Position numbers and translations under genes: made by a program
The notes under the pieces: generated by a model
The model's database searches: none
What the model was told of the DNA's origin: nothing
What the model saw: only the letters and a program-made list of their open reading frames with translations
In this document: piece after piece, positions 31,677 through 41,441 of the stretch
How positions within the stretch are numbered: position 1 is the first letter of the stretch
How the letters are laid out: each line of letters begins with the position of its first letter
UHGV virus genome: UHGV-0324072
Source: a virus
Reading direction: 5' to 3' (one strand)
DNA: 43,215 bases

Positions 31677-34234
31677 TCCTGCACTACACGCGAAACGCTG
31701 ATGGCGCTTTCAACCGTACAAAACACGTCGGGATGCCGATGGAGTTTGTCGTTAACCGTATCCCGGACGGCGTTCCGGTACGCGTCTATCTTGGCGAGAT
31801 TGGTGATGATACTGATGTTACAGACGACTTCGACGCGCTCAAAGACGAGGACGCCGTGTACCACATTATTGAGGGCGCTGGCGGCGGCATTGGCGACGCC
31901 ATCGGGAGTGTATTCAGTTTCATCCTTAAGCCAATCGCCAAATTGTTCGGGCTAAACACAGCGGCTAACGCTAATTATTCCGCTACCAACAATCAGGCTA
32001 CGTCGCCTAACAACAGTCTCACCGACCGCTCAAACAAGCCACGACCTTATGAGCGTTCCTATGATATCTGCGGGACAGTGCAGACCATCCCCAATGACCT
32101 GATGCAGACATATAAGGTGTTTAATGCCGCGGGTGCGCTTATTGAATATGCGTACTATGACGCCGGTCGAGGGTATCTGCATATTGAGGAAGACGGTGTA
32201 ACTGAGGCAGATACCCGAATCAGCGAGATAACTGGCTCGTCGGTGACGGTGTATTCTCCTTACACTTCGCCGAATAACACCAGCACACCACAATTGCATA
32301 TCGGCGACCCTATAGACCAGAAATTGTACGTTACATTTAAAAACGCCGATGTCGATGGCGCTGTTCTTCCCGCCCCTAATGATATCGCTATAGACGTGCA
32401 GGACTACACTGTCCAGCGGCAGGGAACAACCGGCGTTGTAGTAGGCGATGACGCTGGTTTCGATGAGTTTTTGGCGGTCGGGGACCTGGCATACTTCGAT
32501 AACGTATATGCAGATACAACCCCAGGGTCTTTGGGTAATGAGGTTAACCTGGACGGGAGGTACACGGTTCTTTCGGTTAGTGAAACCACCCTTATTGTGG
32601 ACGTCAGTACAAATCAATCAGTATGGAACCAGCTAGGGGCGTCTGTGTGGTTTATAGGTGAAGAGGGTAACCATCTTATAGGCCCGGCGGACACTTACGC
32701 GGCTTCTCTCTCTGAATGGGCGTACATCACCCGCGGTACTGTCGACCGTGTTGTAGCCAATGTCGCCGCCAGCAACGGCATGTATAAATACAACGGCGAC
32801 TATAACCGCGCTTCAGTGACAGTCGAACTGCAATACCAGATGGTTGATGAGTTGAAACGGCCCGTAGGTGATATATTCACCGTACAAGGAACTTTAACAG
32901 GCAGGAACACGGATTACACTGGGATAACTCTTTACGGAAGTTTACCAACTGCTTCCAGATTCCGCGCCCGTATGCGTCGTGTTTCTGACACCGATAAAGA
33001 TTTTGAGGGTACTGTTAGCGACGAGGTTACTTTCACTAACCTGTACGGACAGTCTCTGGACACAACACCGCACTACGGCAACCGCACTACGGTGCACTGT
33101 GCCCGTAAACAAACCCCACGTGCAGCCGAGGTGTCAGAACCGGAACTGCGCATGATTGCTACCGAGATGTGCTACAAATACTTAGGTAACGGCGTATTCG
33201 ATACGGTAATGACACCGAACACTCAGGCCGTGCAGTCGCTAATCAGGCTGGCGCGTGACCCTGTGGTGGGTAATCTGGAACTGACAACGGCAAATATGGA
33301 CAAGTTACTTGCCGTGCAGGAAGAAATTGAGTCGTATTTTGACAGTGAATTAGCCGGGCAGTTCTGCTACACATTCGACGACTACGACACAACCATGCAA
33401 GACATCGTTCAGACCATCGCGGAAGCCGTGTTTTGTACGGCATACCGTAAAGGTGCTGATATTATGCTGCGATTCGACCGTCCTGTTGCGGGGCCTGAGA
33501 TGGTTTTCACCCACCGCAGCAAAACGACCGGTACGGAGAAATGGACGCGCACGTTCAACGATTCGACAACCTACGATAGCCTGTCGTTCTCGTACATTGA
33601 CCCGGATACAAACGTACAGGAGACGATTTATATCCCGGAAGAACTCGGCGCGAACACCGAGGAGTACGAATCGAAGGGTGTACGTAACTATCAGCAAGCG
33701 TACTGGCTGGCGTGGCGTCGCTACCAGCGCAATGCGTTAAGTAAAGTTGTCGTAGAGTTCGAAGCTACCGAAGAAGGCGCTCTAGCTACTCCCGGCGGCG
33801 TAATCAGCGTGGTTAAAGGCTCCCGCATCGCGCCGCAGGATGGTTATGTTGTCGCCGTTAATGGGCTTACGCTTACGCTGTCGCAGCCGGTTACGTTTAC
33901 TCCTGGTGATGACCATTCCATCATTCTTAAGAAGCGCGACGGCTCTGTGCAGAGTATTTCTGTTATCAAAGGAAGCCACGACCGCGAAGTGATTATGCTC
34001 TCCGCGCCGGAGGAGGCAATCTACACGGGGAATAGTGCGCTAAAAACTGAGTTTTCATTCGGCAACGAAGCAAGGCATAATGCTCAGAAGATAGTTGTTT
34101 CTTCAATCGACCCCGGCGACGACCGCACGGTCAAGATTACGGGCTACAACTATGATGACGGATTCTATAAATACGACGGCGTCGCGCCATACGGCAGCGG
34201 TTTCTCCGACGGATTCAGCAATGGTTTTAATTAA
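31667..34234 (+). CDS. central tail tip / host specificity protein (lambda gpJ-like)
   Basis: 855 aa; position after gpK-like gene; start codon uncertain (TTG 31667, or ATG near 31733). Confidence 0.55.
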   Translation: MAIILHYTRNADGAFNRTKHVGMPMEFVVNRIPDGVPVRVYLGEIGDDTDVTDDFDALKDEDAVYHIIEGAGGGIGDAIGSVFSFILKPIAKLFGLNTAANANYSATNNQATSPNNSLTDRSNKPRPYERSYDICGTVQTIPNDLMQTYKVFNAAGALIEYAYYDAGRGYLHIEEDGVTEADTRISEITGSSVTVYSPYTSPNNTSTPQLHIGDPIDQKLYVTFKNADVDGAVLPAPNDIAIDVQDYTVQRQGTTGVVVGDDAGFDEFLAVGDLAYFDNVYADTTPGSLGNEVNLDGRYTVLSVSETTLIVDVSTNQSVWNQLGASVWFIGEEGNHLIGPADTYAASLSEWAYITRGTVDRVVANVAASNGMYKYNGDYNRASVTVELQYQMVDELKRPVGDIFTVQGTLTGRNTDYTGITLYGSLPTASRFRARMRRVSDTDKDFEGTVSDEVTFTNLYGQSLDTTPHYGNRTTVHCARKQTPRAAEVSEPELRMIATEMCYKYLGNGVFDTVMTPNTQAVQSLIRLARDPVVGNLELTTANMDKLLAVQEEIESYFDSELAGQFCYTFDDYDTTMQDIVQTIAEAVFCTAYRKGADIMLRFDRPVAGPEMVFTHRSKTTGTEKWTRTFNDSTTYDSLSFSYIDPDTNVQETIYIPEELGANTEEYESKGVRNYQQAYWLAWRRYQRNALSKVVVEFEATEEGALATPGGVISVVKGSRIAPQDGYVVAVNGLTLTLSQPVTFTPGDDHSIILKKRDGSVQSISVIKGSHDREVIMLSAPEEAIYTGNSALKTEFSFGNEARHNAQKIVVSSIDPGDDRTVKITGYNYDDGFYKYDGVAPYGSGFSDGFSNGFN

Positions 34235-34246
34235 AGAGGACTCTAT

Positions 34247-36178
34247 ATGTCAAGCGGATGCGGTGACGTTTTAAGCCTGGCGGATTTACAAACCGCCAAG
34301 AAACACCAAATTTTTGAAGCCGAGGTTATCACCGGTAAAGCTGGCGGTGTAGCTACGGGTGCTGATATCGATTACGCGACAAATCAGGTTACAGGGCAGA
34401 CTCAGAAGACGCTCCAGGCCGTGTTGCGTGACGCCGGGTTCAGACCTGCGCCATTCACATTCGAAACAGGTGGGACTTTGGGCGTTAACGACGCTGACCT
34501 GGCGGTGTTGTGGCCAGGGCCATCAGGCGACGGCAACTATTATGCATGGAAAGGCGCCCTGCCAAAAACCATCCCGGCATCTTCAACCCCGGCGTCTACG
34601 GGCGGAGTAGGCCAGACCGCATGGGTTGCCGTTAGTGAAGCTGCATTGCGCCGTGATTTGGCCCTAAGCACTGGCGCAGGGCTAGTCGGTACGTCTTCGG
34701 GTCGCACAGTGCAAGGCGAGGTTGACCATTTCAAAATAGGGTATATGACACCCGATGATTTCGGCGCGGTGGGTGATGGTGTTACCGACGACACCGCGCC
34801 TTTGCAACAGGCTATTGACTATTGCTCAAGCAACGGTATCGCGTTAAGAATCCCCGCAAAATCTTATGTTTGGAATGGCGGTATTATAACTTCACCCGTA
34901 ACAATAATCGGTGACAGACGTCCTGATTACAATCTTAGCTCCAATTCTATGTCTAACGGGTCTGTTATAATTGGCAATTTAAGATTTTCCGCAAGCCAGG
35001 TGATTATTAAGTCACTTGGTGTGCGTAGGCCTACAGGCTCCCCCGGAGATTGTCTGGTGTTATCGACCGATAACTATGCTGGTGGGTCTTGTATTGTTCA
35101 AGATGTAGTTGCCGCGGGCCTTTCCGGTTCGGACACGTACCACAGCGTTCTTGTTGAAGGCTACGATTCCGCGCATGTATCTCAAATAACTGGCGGTTAT
35201 AATCTTTTTGGCCTCGCGATTAAGTCAAGAAACGTTGTTGCCAGAGGCGTAATAACCGTAAGCTGTGATACTGGCGTTATCATTAAATCTGATAGTGAGT
35301 TCAGCACGGCAAAAAATGTGGTGCTGGACGGGCACATTAATGTCGGTAATGGTGTTTCTAGTCAAGGTGTTTGGATTCACAGCACAACCGCACAACTTGA
35401 GCGTATTACCTGCGCAAACTTACAAAGCATCGATTCCGCTATACATATGCGGATTAAGTCCGAAAACGTAGCTAATGACGTGCAAATTGTTGGGGCAAAT
35501 TATTCAGGATCTACTTATGCGGATGTGCTCGTCGAAGGCACTTCGGCTGGCACGTTGTACAATGTTAGTTTAGATAGTATAACCGCAGTAAATAGCCAGA
35601 AATTTATGGCTGCAGGTTTCTGTGAACAACTGATGGTAACAGGATTCTATGGGTCCCTGAAACCTGGCGCTCCCGCCGATACTGCGTTTGAGGTTAGCGC
35701 CGCCGTAGGGCTTTTTAGCGGGTCAAATATCCAACTAGTCCGTCAATACCGCAGTGACCTAATGACAATGAATCTCGGTAACAGTTATCTTAATAATAGA
35801 TTATCATCTGTTAAGGCGAAAGTAATAGGAAACGGCAAACCTAGGCCGGGGTATAAAGAACAGAATCTTAGCGGCGCTGCGGCTACAATGATTGTTGGCG
35901 ACAGTTTGGGGCCCTCTGGTGTTGTGTCTGTCACCGCGATATCCGCCGGCATGTCATTCAGCAGTATTGCTATTAATGACGACTATGGTCAGCCGGTTAA
36001 GCCAGGTTTTCTTCTAATAATCCGAAACGCATCCGCTATCTCGTTCGTTATGAACCATAATCCAGGGTCTGGTGGAATCGCAAATAACGGGGCGGTTGGT
36101 AAGACCATTGCGGGCGGAGACACTATAATGTACGTTTTTGACGGGGCGAATTGGCGTCAGACTCCATCAATAACATAA
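34247..36178 (+). CDS. tailspike protein with pectate-lyase-type right-handed beta-helix
   Basis: MTPDDFGAVGDGVTDDTAPLQQAIDY beta-helix entry motif; 643 aa; RBS AAGAGGA. Confidence 0.7.
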   Translation: MSSGCGDVLSLADLQTAKKHQIFEAEVITGKAGGVATGADIDYATNQVTGQTQKTLQAVLRDAGFRPAPFTFETGGTLGVNDADLAVLWPGPSGDGNYYAWKGALPKTIPASSTPASTGGVGQTAWVAVSEAALRRDLALSTGAGLVGTSSGRTVQGEVDHFKIGYMTPDDFGAVGDGVTDDTAPLQQAIDYCSSNGIALRIPAKSYVWNGGIITSPVTIIGDRRPDYNLSSNSMSNGSVIIGNLRFSASQVIIKSLGVRRPTGSPGDCLVLSTDNYAGGSCIVQDVVAAGLSGSDTYHSVLVEGYDSAHVSQITGGYNLFGLAIKSRNVVARGVITVSCDTGVIIKSDSEFSTAKNVVLDGHINVGNGVSSQGVWIHSTTAQLERITCANLQSIDSAIHMRIKSENVANDVQIVGANYSGSTYADVLVEGTSAGTLYNVSLDSITAVNSQKFMAAGFCEQLMVTGFYGSLKPGAPADTAFEVSAAVGLFSGSNIQLVRQYRSDLMTMNLGNSYLNNRLSSVKAKVIGNGKPRPGYKEQNLSGAAATMIVGDSLGPSGVVSVTAISAGMSFSSIAINDDYGQPVKPGFLLIIRNASAISFVMNHNPGSGGIANNGAVGKTIAGGDTIMYVFDGANWRQTPSIT

Positions 36179-36182
36179 AACT

Positions 36183-36205
36183 AAGGCCCCGTTTGGGGCC
36201 TTTTC
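36183..36205. terminator. bidirectional terminator AAGGCCCC-gttt-GGGGCCTT between tailspike and replication module
   Basis: perfect 8-bp stem flanked by T-rich tracts. Confidence 0.65.
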
Positions 36206-36206
36206 T

Positions 36207-36344
36207 CTACTCTTCCGATAACTTCTCCAGCACAAACGCCAGTTGCGCATTAGCGGCATCTCTCTGTTGCCGTAGGCGTAGAACCTCCTCTTCGAGTTCC
36301 TTGATACGTTTTTGCAATGCTGGAATCGGGGCTATGATGTTCAT
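36207..36344 (-). CDS. small coiled-coil protein (45 aa) coupled to end of SNF2 helicase gene
   Basis: ATG 36344 overlaps helicase stop (ATGA); MNIIAPIPALQKRIKELEEEVLRLRQQRDAANAQLAFVLEKLSEE. Confidence 0.35.
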   Translation of the reverse strand: MNIIAPIPALQKRIKELEEEVLRLRQQRDAANAQLAFVLEKLSEE

Positions 36345-37765
36345 TTCTTACCTCGTCTCTTCATGTAGTTAAGCAACTCTTCCTGTACCGATTTCTTCTC
36401 GTCGGTACGCGCGGCAACAACCTCGTCCAGCGTGTCTTTAGCGACTATGTGATAAAGGAACACCGGGCGCTCGTGCCCAGCTTGTTTCTGGCGAACAGGG
36501 CCGATGCGCTCGACAACCTGCAAATAGTGCTCAAGATTCCAGCCTTGTGAAATAAACGCCAGATGATGGCCGCCGTCCTGTAAATTCAAACCATGCCCGG
36601 CTGACGCAGGGTGTACGCATAAGATTTCTATTTCGCCGCGGTTCCACGCTTCCATCTGCTTATTACCCTTCGCGCCTTTGGAAAACGCCTGCGCCTGTGG
36701 GAATCGCTTAAGGATGCGCTCAAGTTCGTGCTTGAACTGATAGGCGACCAGCAACGGCGCGCCCTGCAACTCCTCCACAATTGACTCCAGCGCATCCAGT
36801 TTCGTATCGTGCACTTTCTCCCAGTCTTTCGTTGCTTCTCCGTCTGGTCCGGATACATACACGGCACCGGATGCAATCTGCAAACACTTCGACGTCTTCG
36901 CCGCCGCGTTAGCCGCTTCGACTTCCCCGCTCTCCAGTTCCGCAAATAACTTCTCCTCCATATCTATGTACGCCTGACGCGCTTTCTTCGGCAGGTCGAT
37001 TTCAACAGGTACGATAACCGGCGCTTCGCATCCGAACCACTCAGCGGCGTCAATCGTGAGACTGATGTCCTTCATCTTCTGGTGGATTTCAGTATCCGCA
37101 CCCGGGCGGGCGTGGTATTCGCGCGCCATAGCAGATTTGCCTTTCTGCACCGAGTTAAACCAGCGGTCGGTGAATGCCGTGTACGAAGAACCGAGGCGCT
37201 CGCCCGCGTCGATAAACCAGTTCTGTCCCCACAAGTCCTTGAGGCCGTTAGGCGATGGTGTACCTGTCAGGTTGATAAAACGCTTAACCTTTCCGAACGC
37301 CACTCTACTAAGCGCCTTCGCCCGCTTGCTGCCGCCTGAACGGCTGCGGAATGACTTCAGTTTCGTGCTTTCATCGGCAACGATAACGGTAAAAGGCCAG
37401 TCGTCTTTGCCGTAGTAGTCAATCAACCACTCTATTACCTCATAGTTCGTGCACACCACGTTAGCGTCCGACTCCAGCGCCGCGATGCGGCGCTTCTCTG
37501 AACCGGTCGCGTCTACGACACGCAGACATGGGAAATTCCACTTAGTTTGTTCCGCCGGCCATGTGCCTGATGCAACGCGCAACGGGGCGAGGATTAACAC
37601 GCGGTCCTCTTCTGTAAGCTGCCCGTTGCGGAACAGTCGGTTTAATGTCCACAGTACGCTGCCAGTCTTCCCGGCGCCCATGCTCGCCCAAATATTACAG
37701 CGATGGTGCCGCAACATGAACGAAGTCATTAGCTTCTGGTATTCGCGCCTTTGAAACTTACTCAT
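36341..37765 (-). CDS. SNF2/DEAD-box superfamily II helicase
   Basis: Walker A-like SMGAGKTG, DEAD-like VIVADESTKL, helicase C-terminal domain segment. Confidence 0.75.
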   Translation of the reverse strand: MSKFQRREYQKLMTSFMLRHHRCNIWASMGAGKTGSVLWTLNRLFRNGQLTEEDRVLILAPLRVASGTWPAEQTKWNFPCLRVVDATGSEKRRIAALESDANVVCTNYEVIEWLIDYYGKDDWPFTVIVADESTKLKSFRSRSGGSKRAKALSRVAFGKVKRFINLTGTPSPNGLKDLWGQNWFIDAGERLGSSYTAFTDRWFNSVQKGKSAMAREYHARPGADTEIHQKMKDISLTIDAAEWFGCEAPVIVPVEIDLPKKARQAYIDMEEKLFAELESGEVEAANAAAKTSKCLQIASGAVYVSGPDGEATKDWEKVHDTKLDALESIVEELQGAPLLVAYQFKHELERILKRFPQAQAFSKGAKGNKQMEAWNRGEIEILCVHPASAGHGLNLQDGGHHLAFISQGWNLEHYLQVVERIGPVRQKQAGHERPVFLYHIVAKDTLDEVVAARTDEKKSVQEELLNYMKRRGKK

Positions 37766-38552
37766 TTACGGCCCCCATGAACGCCTTTATAAATTCAGCG
37801 GCTACTTGCGGGACGATAGCATTGCCGTAACCGCGCAATCGTCCCACTCTGGCGGGTACCCCATTAGCCAGCGGGAATGTGCTGGGTTCAACTGGCCTGA
37901 ATTTTCCATCCCGGCATCCGAGCCAGTCAGCATCTGACCAGAACCCGTTAGGCGGATTGGCTGTGTCAGAGATGCCTCTGTTTGCAGATTGTGGCCCCCG
38001 TTCCTGCCCTGATGGCCTGCTCCCGCCGAGTTGTTCGCACACGGTGTTGGCCAGTTGCTGCGCTCCGAAGAACAATCGATTCCTTTTGTGCGGTGCGCCG
38101 ACGCTACAAGCTGGGAGTACGGCAAACCCGACGGCGTAGTCTTCTCTTTCCAGGTGAGTTTGTAAATCGCACATCCACGATTTTGCAATTGCTGCCGCAA
38201 CCTGCTCCCCAAAGATGACTGGAGGGTGGCACTCGCTGATGAGGTCGAGGAGCACAGGTGCGAGGTGTCTCTGGTCGAACTGTCCGAGTTGCTTTCCTGC
38301 CGTGCTAAACGGTTGGCAAGGCGGACTTCCCGTCCATATAGGCGTATCTTCAGAAACTCCCGCAAGTCTGAGCGCGAGAGGCCAGCCGCCGATACCCGCG
38401 AAAAAATGACACTGGGTGAACCCGTCAAGGTCTTCTGGTCTAACTTCGGTAATGCTTCTTTCATCTACAACTCCAAAAGGTATGTGACCCTGTTTTATTA
38501 ATTCACGCAGCCACGCGGCTGCGCCTTTATCCCATTCGTTGTAATAGTTCAT
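37758..38552 (-). CDS. DNA (cytosine-5)-methyltransferase, compact; conserved motifs split between two frames
   Basis: motifs [34 protein letters not shown] and X GNAIVPQV in this frame; motif IX-like [10 protein letters not shown] lies in overlapping ORF 37802..38464. Confidence 0.55.
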   Translation of the reverse strand: MNYYNEWDKGAAAWLRELIKQGHIPFGVVDERSITEVRPEDLDGFTQCHFFAGIGGWPLALRLAGVSEDTPIWTGSPPCQPFSTAGKQLGQFDQRHLAPVLLDLISECHPPVIFGEQVAAAIAKSWMCDLQTHLEREDYAVGFAVLPACSVGAPHKRNRLFFGAQQLANTVCEQLGGSRPSGQERGPQSANRGISDTANPPNGFWSDADWLGCRDGKFRPVEPSTFPLANGVPARVGRLRGYGNAIVPQVAAEFIKAFMGAVNE

Positions 38553-38740
38553 TTTGCCACCAGAACTAACTCTTTACGCCCGAACGCCGTAATATTGCCG
38601 GTTACATCTTCGATAACCAGTTTACCGTTCGACTCGACGAACACTGTATCAACGGCAACAGGACGACGGGTCTTAACGTTGAAAATCATGTCGCCTGGTA
38701 CGATGTCACGTGCAGGTTTGCGGTCATATTCGTGTTTCAT
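38549..38740 (-). CDS. hypothetical protein (63 aa)
   Basis: ORF track; ATGA coupling to methyltransferase gene. Confidence 0.45.
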   Translation of the reverse strand: MKHEYDRKPARDIVPGDMIFNVKTRRPVAVDTVFVESNGKLVIEDVTGNITAFGRKELVLVAK

Positions 38741-38770
38741 TTCTCAATTCCTTATATTGTTGGTGTAGGA

Positions 38771-39058
38771 CTAACTATAATAGTTCGCTATTAGGTCGTC
38801 AACCTGTTTAAACGAACCAACGACAAAAACATTTGCACCACGTTTACGCATCCGCTCGTGCTCTCGTATCTGGTGCGGGTCTGGCTTCGTGTTTTCGTCT
38901 TTCTTAACCTCGACGAACCAGACGATGCCGCCTGGGAGAATTACCAGCAGGTCGGGGGCGCCGGAGCGCCCCTCATAAGACAGCTTACGAACGAGGCCAC
39001 CAATGGCCTCGAATCGCTCTTTTGCGTATTTCTGGATGCACCCCTCAGGCGTACTCAT
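38771..39058 (-). CDS. VRR-NUC domain nuclease (PD-(D/E)xK)
   Basis: GAPDLLVILPGGIVWFVEVKK motif. Confidence 0.7.
   Translation of the reverse strand: MSTPEGCIQKYAKERFEAIGGLVRKLSYEGRSGAPDLLVILPGGIVWFVEVKKDENTKPDPHQIREHERMRKRGANVFVVGSFKQVDDLIANYYS
38774..38802 (-). promoter_or_regulatory. sigma70-like promoter TTGACG-N17-TATAGT with palindromic spacer (minus strand), embedded in 3' end of VRR-NUC gene
   Basis: rc of 38774..38802; spacer contains AATAGCGAACTAT. Confidence 0.5.
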
Positions 39059-39139
39059 CTACGCACCCCTATCGTTTCGTGTGCTCAATCCCGCAGCGTG
39101 GACAGATTCGGCAGTCTTCTTCATAAAACCAGTAAATTT

Positions 39140-39271
39140 TCATTCCAGCACCCACATATAAATTGCGATGAATATACCCAATACGGCAACCATCATGCCG
39201 TACTGACCCTCATGACAGTAAACACCGGCGGCGAATCCAGCCAGTACCGCGATAATCAGTTTACTTGGCAT
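39140..39271 (-). CDS. small hydrophobic membrane protein (43 aa) overlapping 3' end of polymerase gene
   Basis: ATG 39271; MPSKLIIAVLAGFAAGVYCHEGQYGMMVAVLGIFIAIYMWVLE. Confidence 0.3.
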   Translation of the reverse strand: MPSKLIIAVLAGFAAGVYCHEGQYGMMVAVLGIFIAIYMWVLE

Positions 39272-41441
39272 AACGCTTCATCTCCGCACCTTCTGCTACA
39301 AGAGGGAACCCCTCAGCCCACTCCGGTAATTCGCACATCAACCGCTCAAGCTCTGCAACATTGTATTCTGGCGTATCTGGTGTTTCGCAGATAATTTCGT
39401 CGTGTACGTGAAGCACAATAGGATAGCCGTTTGCTTCAACGTTCAGCAGTGCATTGGCCAGCAAATCACGGCACAGCGCCTGAGTACAGTTTTCCACGAG
39501 TTTACCAGAGTAGGTGTACTGGAAGCCCCACTGACGGGTTAACTGGTTCTCCCCCTGGTACTTGATGCGTACGTTAGTAGACACTTTTCCATCTTCGTCT
39601 GTTTCTTTCGACACGCTTAACCCGACGCCCGGATAAGACATAACGCGACCCGACGGCAACGTCATGCGCAACCACCAGCCGGCGACTTTGTTGCCGTTGT
39701 TGTCTGTCTCTACGTTGCGCGAAAACTTAACCCCCCTAGGCCCCGCGGTGAACTCTTTACCTGGATTGCGGATAGCGGCCATAGCTGCGTCTTCAATATC
39801 TCGCCAGAAAGCTACTGTTTCAGGGTGTGACTCTCGCCACATACGCTTGATAGCGTCACAGGTACGCCACACTTTCTTATCAAGAATATACGATGGTCGG
39901 TCATCCTTCTCCCCGGGTCGCGGCGGTCGCTTGGCTTCCTGAATACGTGCCCATTCATAGCCGCGTGCAGTAGCCGCCCAGATGTGGTCCGGGAAAGTAC
40001 CGTCCATTGTTTTTGACATATCAACAAGGTCAAGTCCGAGGTTCTTAGCAAACTGAACGAAAGCGCCAACACCACCAGCGTAGCCGAGGCCAAGCTCGCA
40101 GGCTTTACCAATCTGGCGCAAGTCTTTGCGTTCCTTCTTAATGTAATCCGGCTCCATGCCGAACATCTTACCCGCGGTTACACAGTAAATGTCCAGCCCG
40201 GCGCGGAACGTATCTAGCGCGGTTTCTTCGCCTGCCAGCCACGCAAGCCCCCGACCTTCAACGTTAGAGTAATCGGCGACGACAAACTTTTTTCCGGCTT
40301 CCGTGATAATGCAGCTACGCACCGTCGATGCCGTTAGCTTAGCGACATCGAAACGGCGATGCGCGCGGCCCTTAAGTAACGCTGAAATACCTTTATCCAG
40401 TTCATCATCGTGATAGTACCCACGCGCGAGGTTCTGCGGCTGAAATCCTTTACCGGCAAATCGTAATGTACGCTTGGCTCCGCCGTACTGAATGCAACCA
40501 CGACGGCGGTCGTCCGACGAGCGCCCTAACAGCAGCGGGTTATATTTCGTTGACGCTGTGGACGCGGCCCCGAGGCGCATTTCGATAATCGTGCGTGCGT
40601 CGTCCGGTAAATCATCATCCGCCAACAGGTCGTTAAGCGTAGACTTCTGCGCGTTGTGGATGCGGTGCGCTGGTGCAAGTTCACGCAGAATCGGCAGGAA
40701 GTCTTTACCAGTAAGCGAGCCGCCGTATTTGCGCTGTGCTTCTTCCTGTAGCTGGGCCTTGTGTTTTTCCACGGCTTCAATCGCGGCTTCCGCCAGCGTC
40801 ACATCAACCTTAAACCCACGGTCGTTAATCAACTGGTCCAGTTCCAGTACACGGTCTTCGAACTCGGAGTTGCCCCAACGCGGCAGCTTATGGAAGACTT
40901 CACGCATCGCAGTGATGTCGCTCACGGCGTACCTGATGAACATCGCCCACTCGTCAGGGTGAGTTTCTGCGGTGTAGCGGCGGATTTTGTAGTTCTTCGG
41001 CGTCGGTTTAGAGAAACGCTTAATCAGAGCCTTGCCGCGTTTATCTTTCGCGTTGTCTGCAGACACGCCCAGCACTTCGCACAGCGCATCAAGTGAACCC
41101 GGCAGCGCGTGACGAAACGCCCAAATCATCGTATCAATGGTGTTGCTTACGGGAATATCAAAGCCCCAGCAGTGTTTCATGATGAGCCTGTCGAACATTG
41201 AGCCGTTGTGCCACACCATCTTAATACGACTGTTCGGCTTAACCAGGCGGCGCAGTGCGCGGTGCAAATCACCCGGCATGTCGCTGCCGTCGGTGCAATC
41301 CCATACCCGCACAGGCTCGTCGTCAAAAGCATATGTGCAGATAAGCACTTCGGTAGTCGGGTGTTCGGCGTAAGCGTAGGAGCCGACTTTCTTTAAATCG
41401 GCTTCGGAGAATGTTTCAAAGTCCAGGTATAAGTAGCTCAT
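39261..41441 (-). CDS. DNA polymerase I-like (family A) with 3'-5' exonuclease domain
   Basis: Exo I LYLDFETFS; Pol A motifs DYSNVEGR (A), RQIGKACELGLGYAGG (B), VLHVHDEIICE (C); ATG 41441 with AAGGAAAAAG RBS; track start 41495 is TTG. Confidence 0.85.
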   Translation of the reverse strand: MSYLYLDFETFSEADLKKVGSYAYAEHPTTEVLICTYAFDDEPVRVWDCTDGSDMPGDLHRALRRLVKPNSRIKMVWHNGSMFDRLIMKHCWGFDIPVSNTIDTMIWAFRHALPGSLDALCEVLGVSADNAKDKRGKALIKRFSKPTPKNYKIRRYTAETHPDEWAMFIRYAVSDITAMREVFHKLPRWGNSEFEDRVLELDQLINDRGFKVDVTLAEAAIEAVEKHKAQLQEEAQRKYGGSLTGKDFLPILRELAPAHRIHNAQKSTLNDLLADDDLPDDARTIIEMRLGAASTASTKYNPLLLGRSSDDRRRGCIQYGGAKRTLRFAGKGFQPQNLARGYYHDDELDKGISALLKGRAHRRFDVAKLTASTVRSCIITEAGKKFVVADYSNVEGRGLAWLAGEETALDTFRAGLDIYCVTAGKMFGMEPDYIKKERKDLRQIGKACELGLGYAGGVGAFVQFAKNLGLDLVDMSKTMDGTFPDHIWAATARGYEWARIQEAKRPPRPGEKDDRPSYILDKKVWRTCDAIKRMWRESHPETVAFWRDIEDAAMAAIRNPGKEFTAGPRGVKFSRNVETDNNGNKVAGWWLRMTLPSGRVMSYPGVGLSVSKETDEDGKVSTNVRIKYQGENQLTRQWGFQYTYSGKLVENCTQALCRDLLANALLNVEANGYPIVLHVHDEIICETPDTPEYNVAELERLMCELPEWAEGFPLVAEGAEMKRYAK

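Noticed and set aside
32030-32617. 195-aa minus-strand ORF inside the J-like tail tip gene
   Set aside because: Antisense frame without RBS; the sense-strand gene is continuous and well supported.
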